This document shows, piece by piece, positions 63,846-64,000 of a DNA stretch of 64,000 nucleotides (its first letter is position 1; the number at the start of each line of letters is the position of its first letter). This DNA comes from Alphaproteobacteria bacterium (GTDB taxonomy: Bacteria; Pseudomonadota; Alphaproteobacteria; MPNO01; UBA830), in contig OZ219791.1 of assembly GCA_964291215.2 (NCBI GenBank), forward strand, positions 544,001-608,000, in the 5' to 3' direction. A model generated the notes under the pieces. It had not been told where the DNA came from, did not search any database, and was given only the letters and a program-made list of their open reading frames with translations. The translations under genes and the position numbers were made by a program.

Positions 63846-64000
63846 GTCATCAGTATCCGGTTTTCGCGCAGGAAATCGAGCAACGGCAGAAGCGACAGCC
63901 CCAGGATCGTGAAATGATCGCCCCTGATGCGCCGAAAAAGCTGTACGCCGAACTCTTCCACGCGGTAGGCACCCGGGCCGTTCAGGATCTCGCCGCCTGC
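63842..64000 (-). CDS. Maf-family nucleoside triphosphate pyrophosphatase, 3' end (partial)
   Basis: [36 protein letters not shown]; maf-aroE-coaE-dnaQ synteny. Confidence 0.9.
   Translation of the reverse strand, partial: AGGEILNGPGAYRVEEFGVQLFRRIRGDHFTILGLSLLPLLDFLRENRILMT

Overview
High-GC alphaproteobacterial chromosome segment with Rhodospirillales-like gene order; a marine or host-associated lifestyle is an inference. The housekeeping blocks are cbtBA and the cobalamin nucleotide-loop genes (cobT, cobS, cobC, cobD, cobU), a fatty-acyl/MMPA-CoA and haloalkane dehalogenase cluster, ffh-rpsP-rimM-trmD-rplS-leuCDB, a MacAB-type exporter, hrcA-grpE-(DUF1848)-dnaK-dnaJ, rph-rdgB-hemW, lpoA-like/rsmI/BON/sirB1/gshB, a UbiD + CoA ligase + four EamA + Rieske oxygenase + TAXI-TRAP catabolic region, and nth-secB-dnaQ-coaE-aroE-maf. 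The most unusual region is 22.75-29.2 kb. Just upstream of the ffh promoter, three ISAs1-type units (a DUF4338-ISAs1 element and two different MITEs) are stacked at one target site and separated by copies of the target duplication. The large unit contains an IS110 element whose bridge-RNA donor and target guides can be read from the sequence and match its real junctions, and that IS110 is itself interrupted by an IS66. Throughout the window, mobile elements and three host pseudogenes appear to decay mainly by short deletions between 2-4 nt direct repeats, while element ends stay largely intact. No rRNA, tRNA or CRISPR array was seen. All family assignments come from motif recognition, not database searches.
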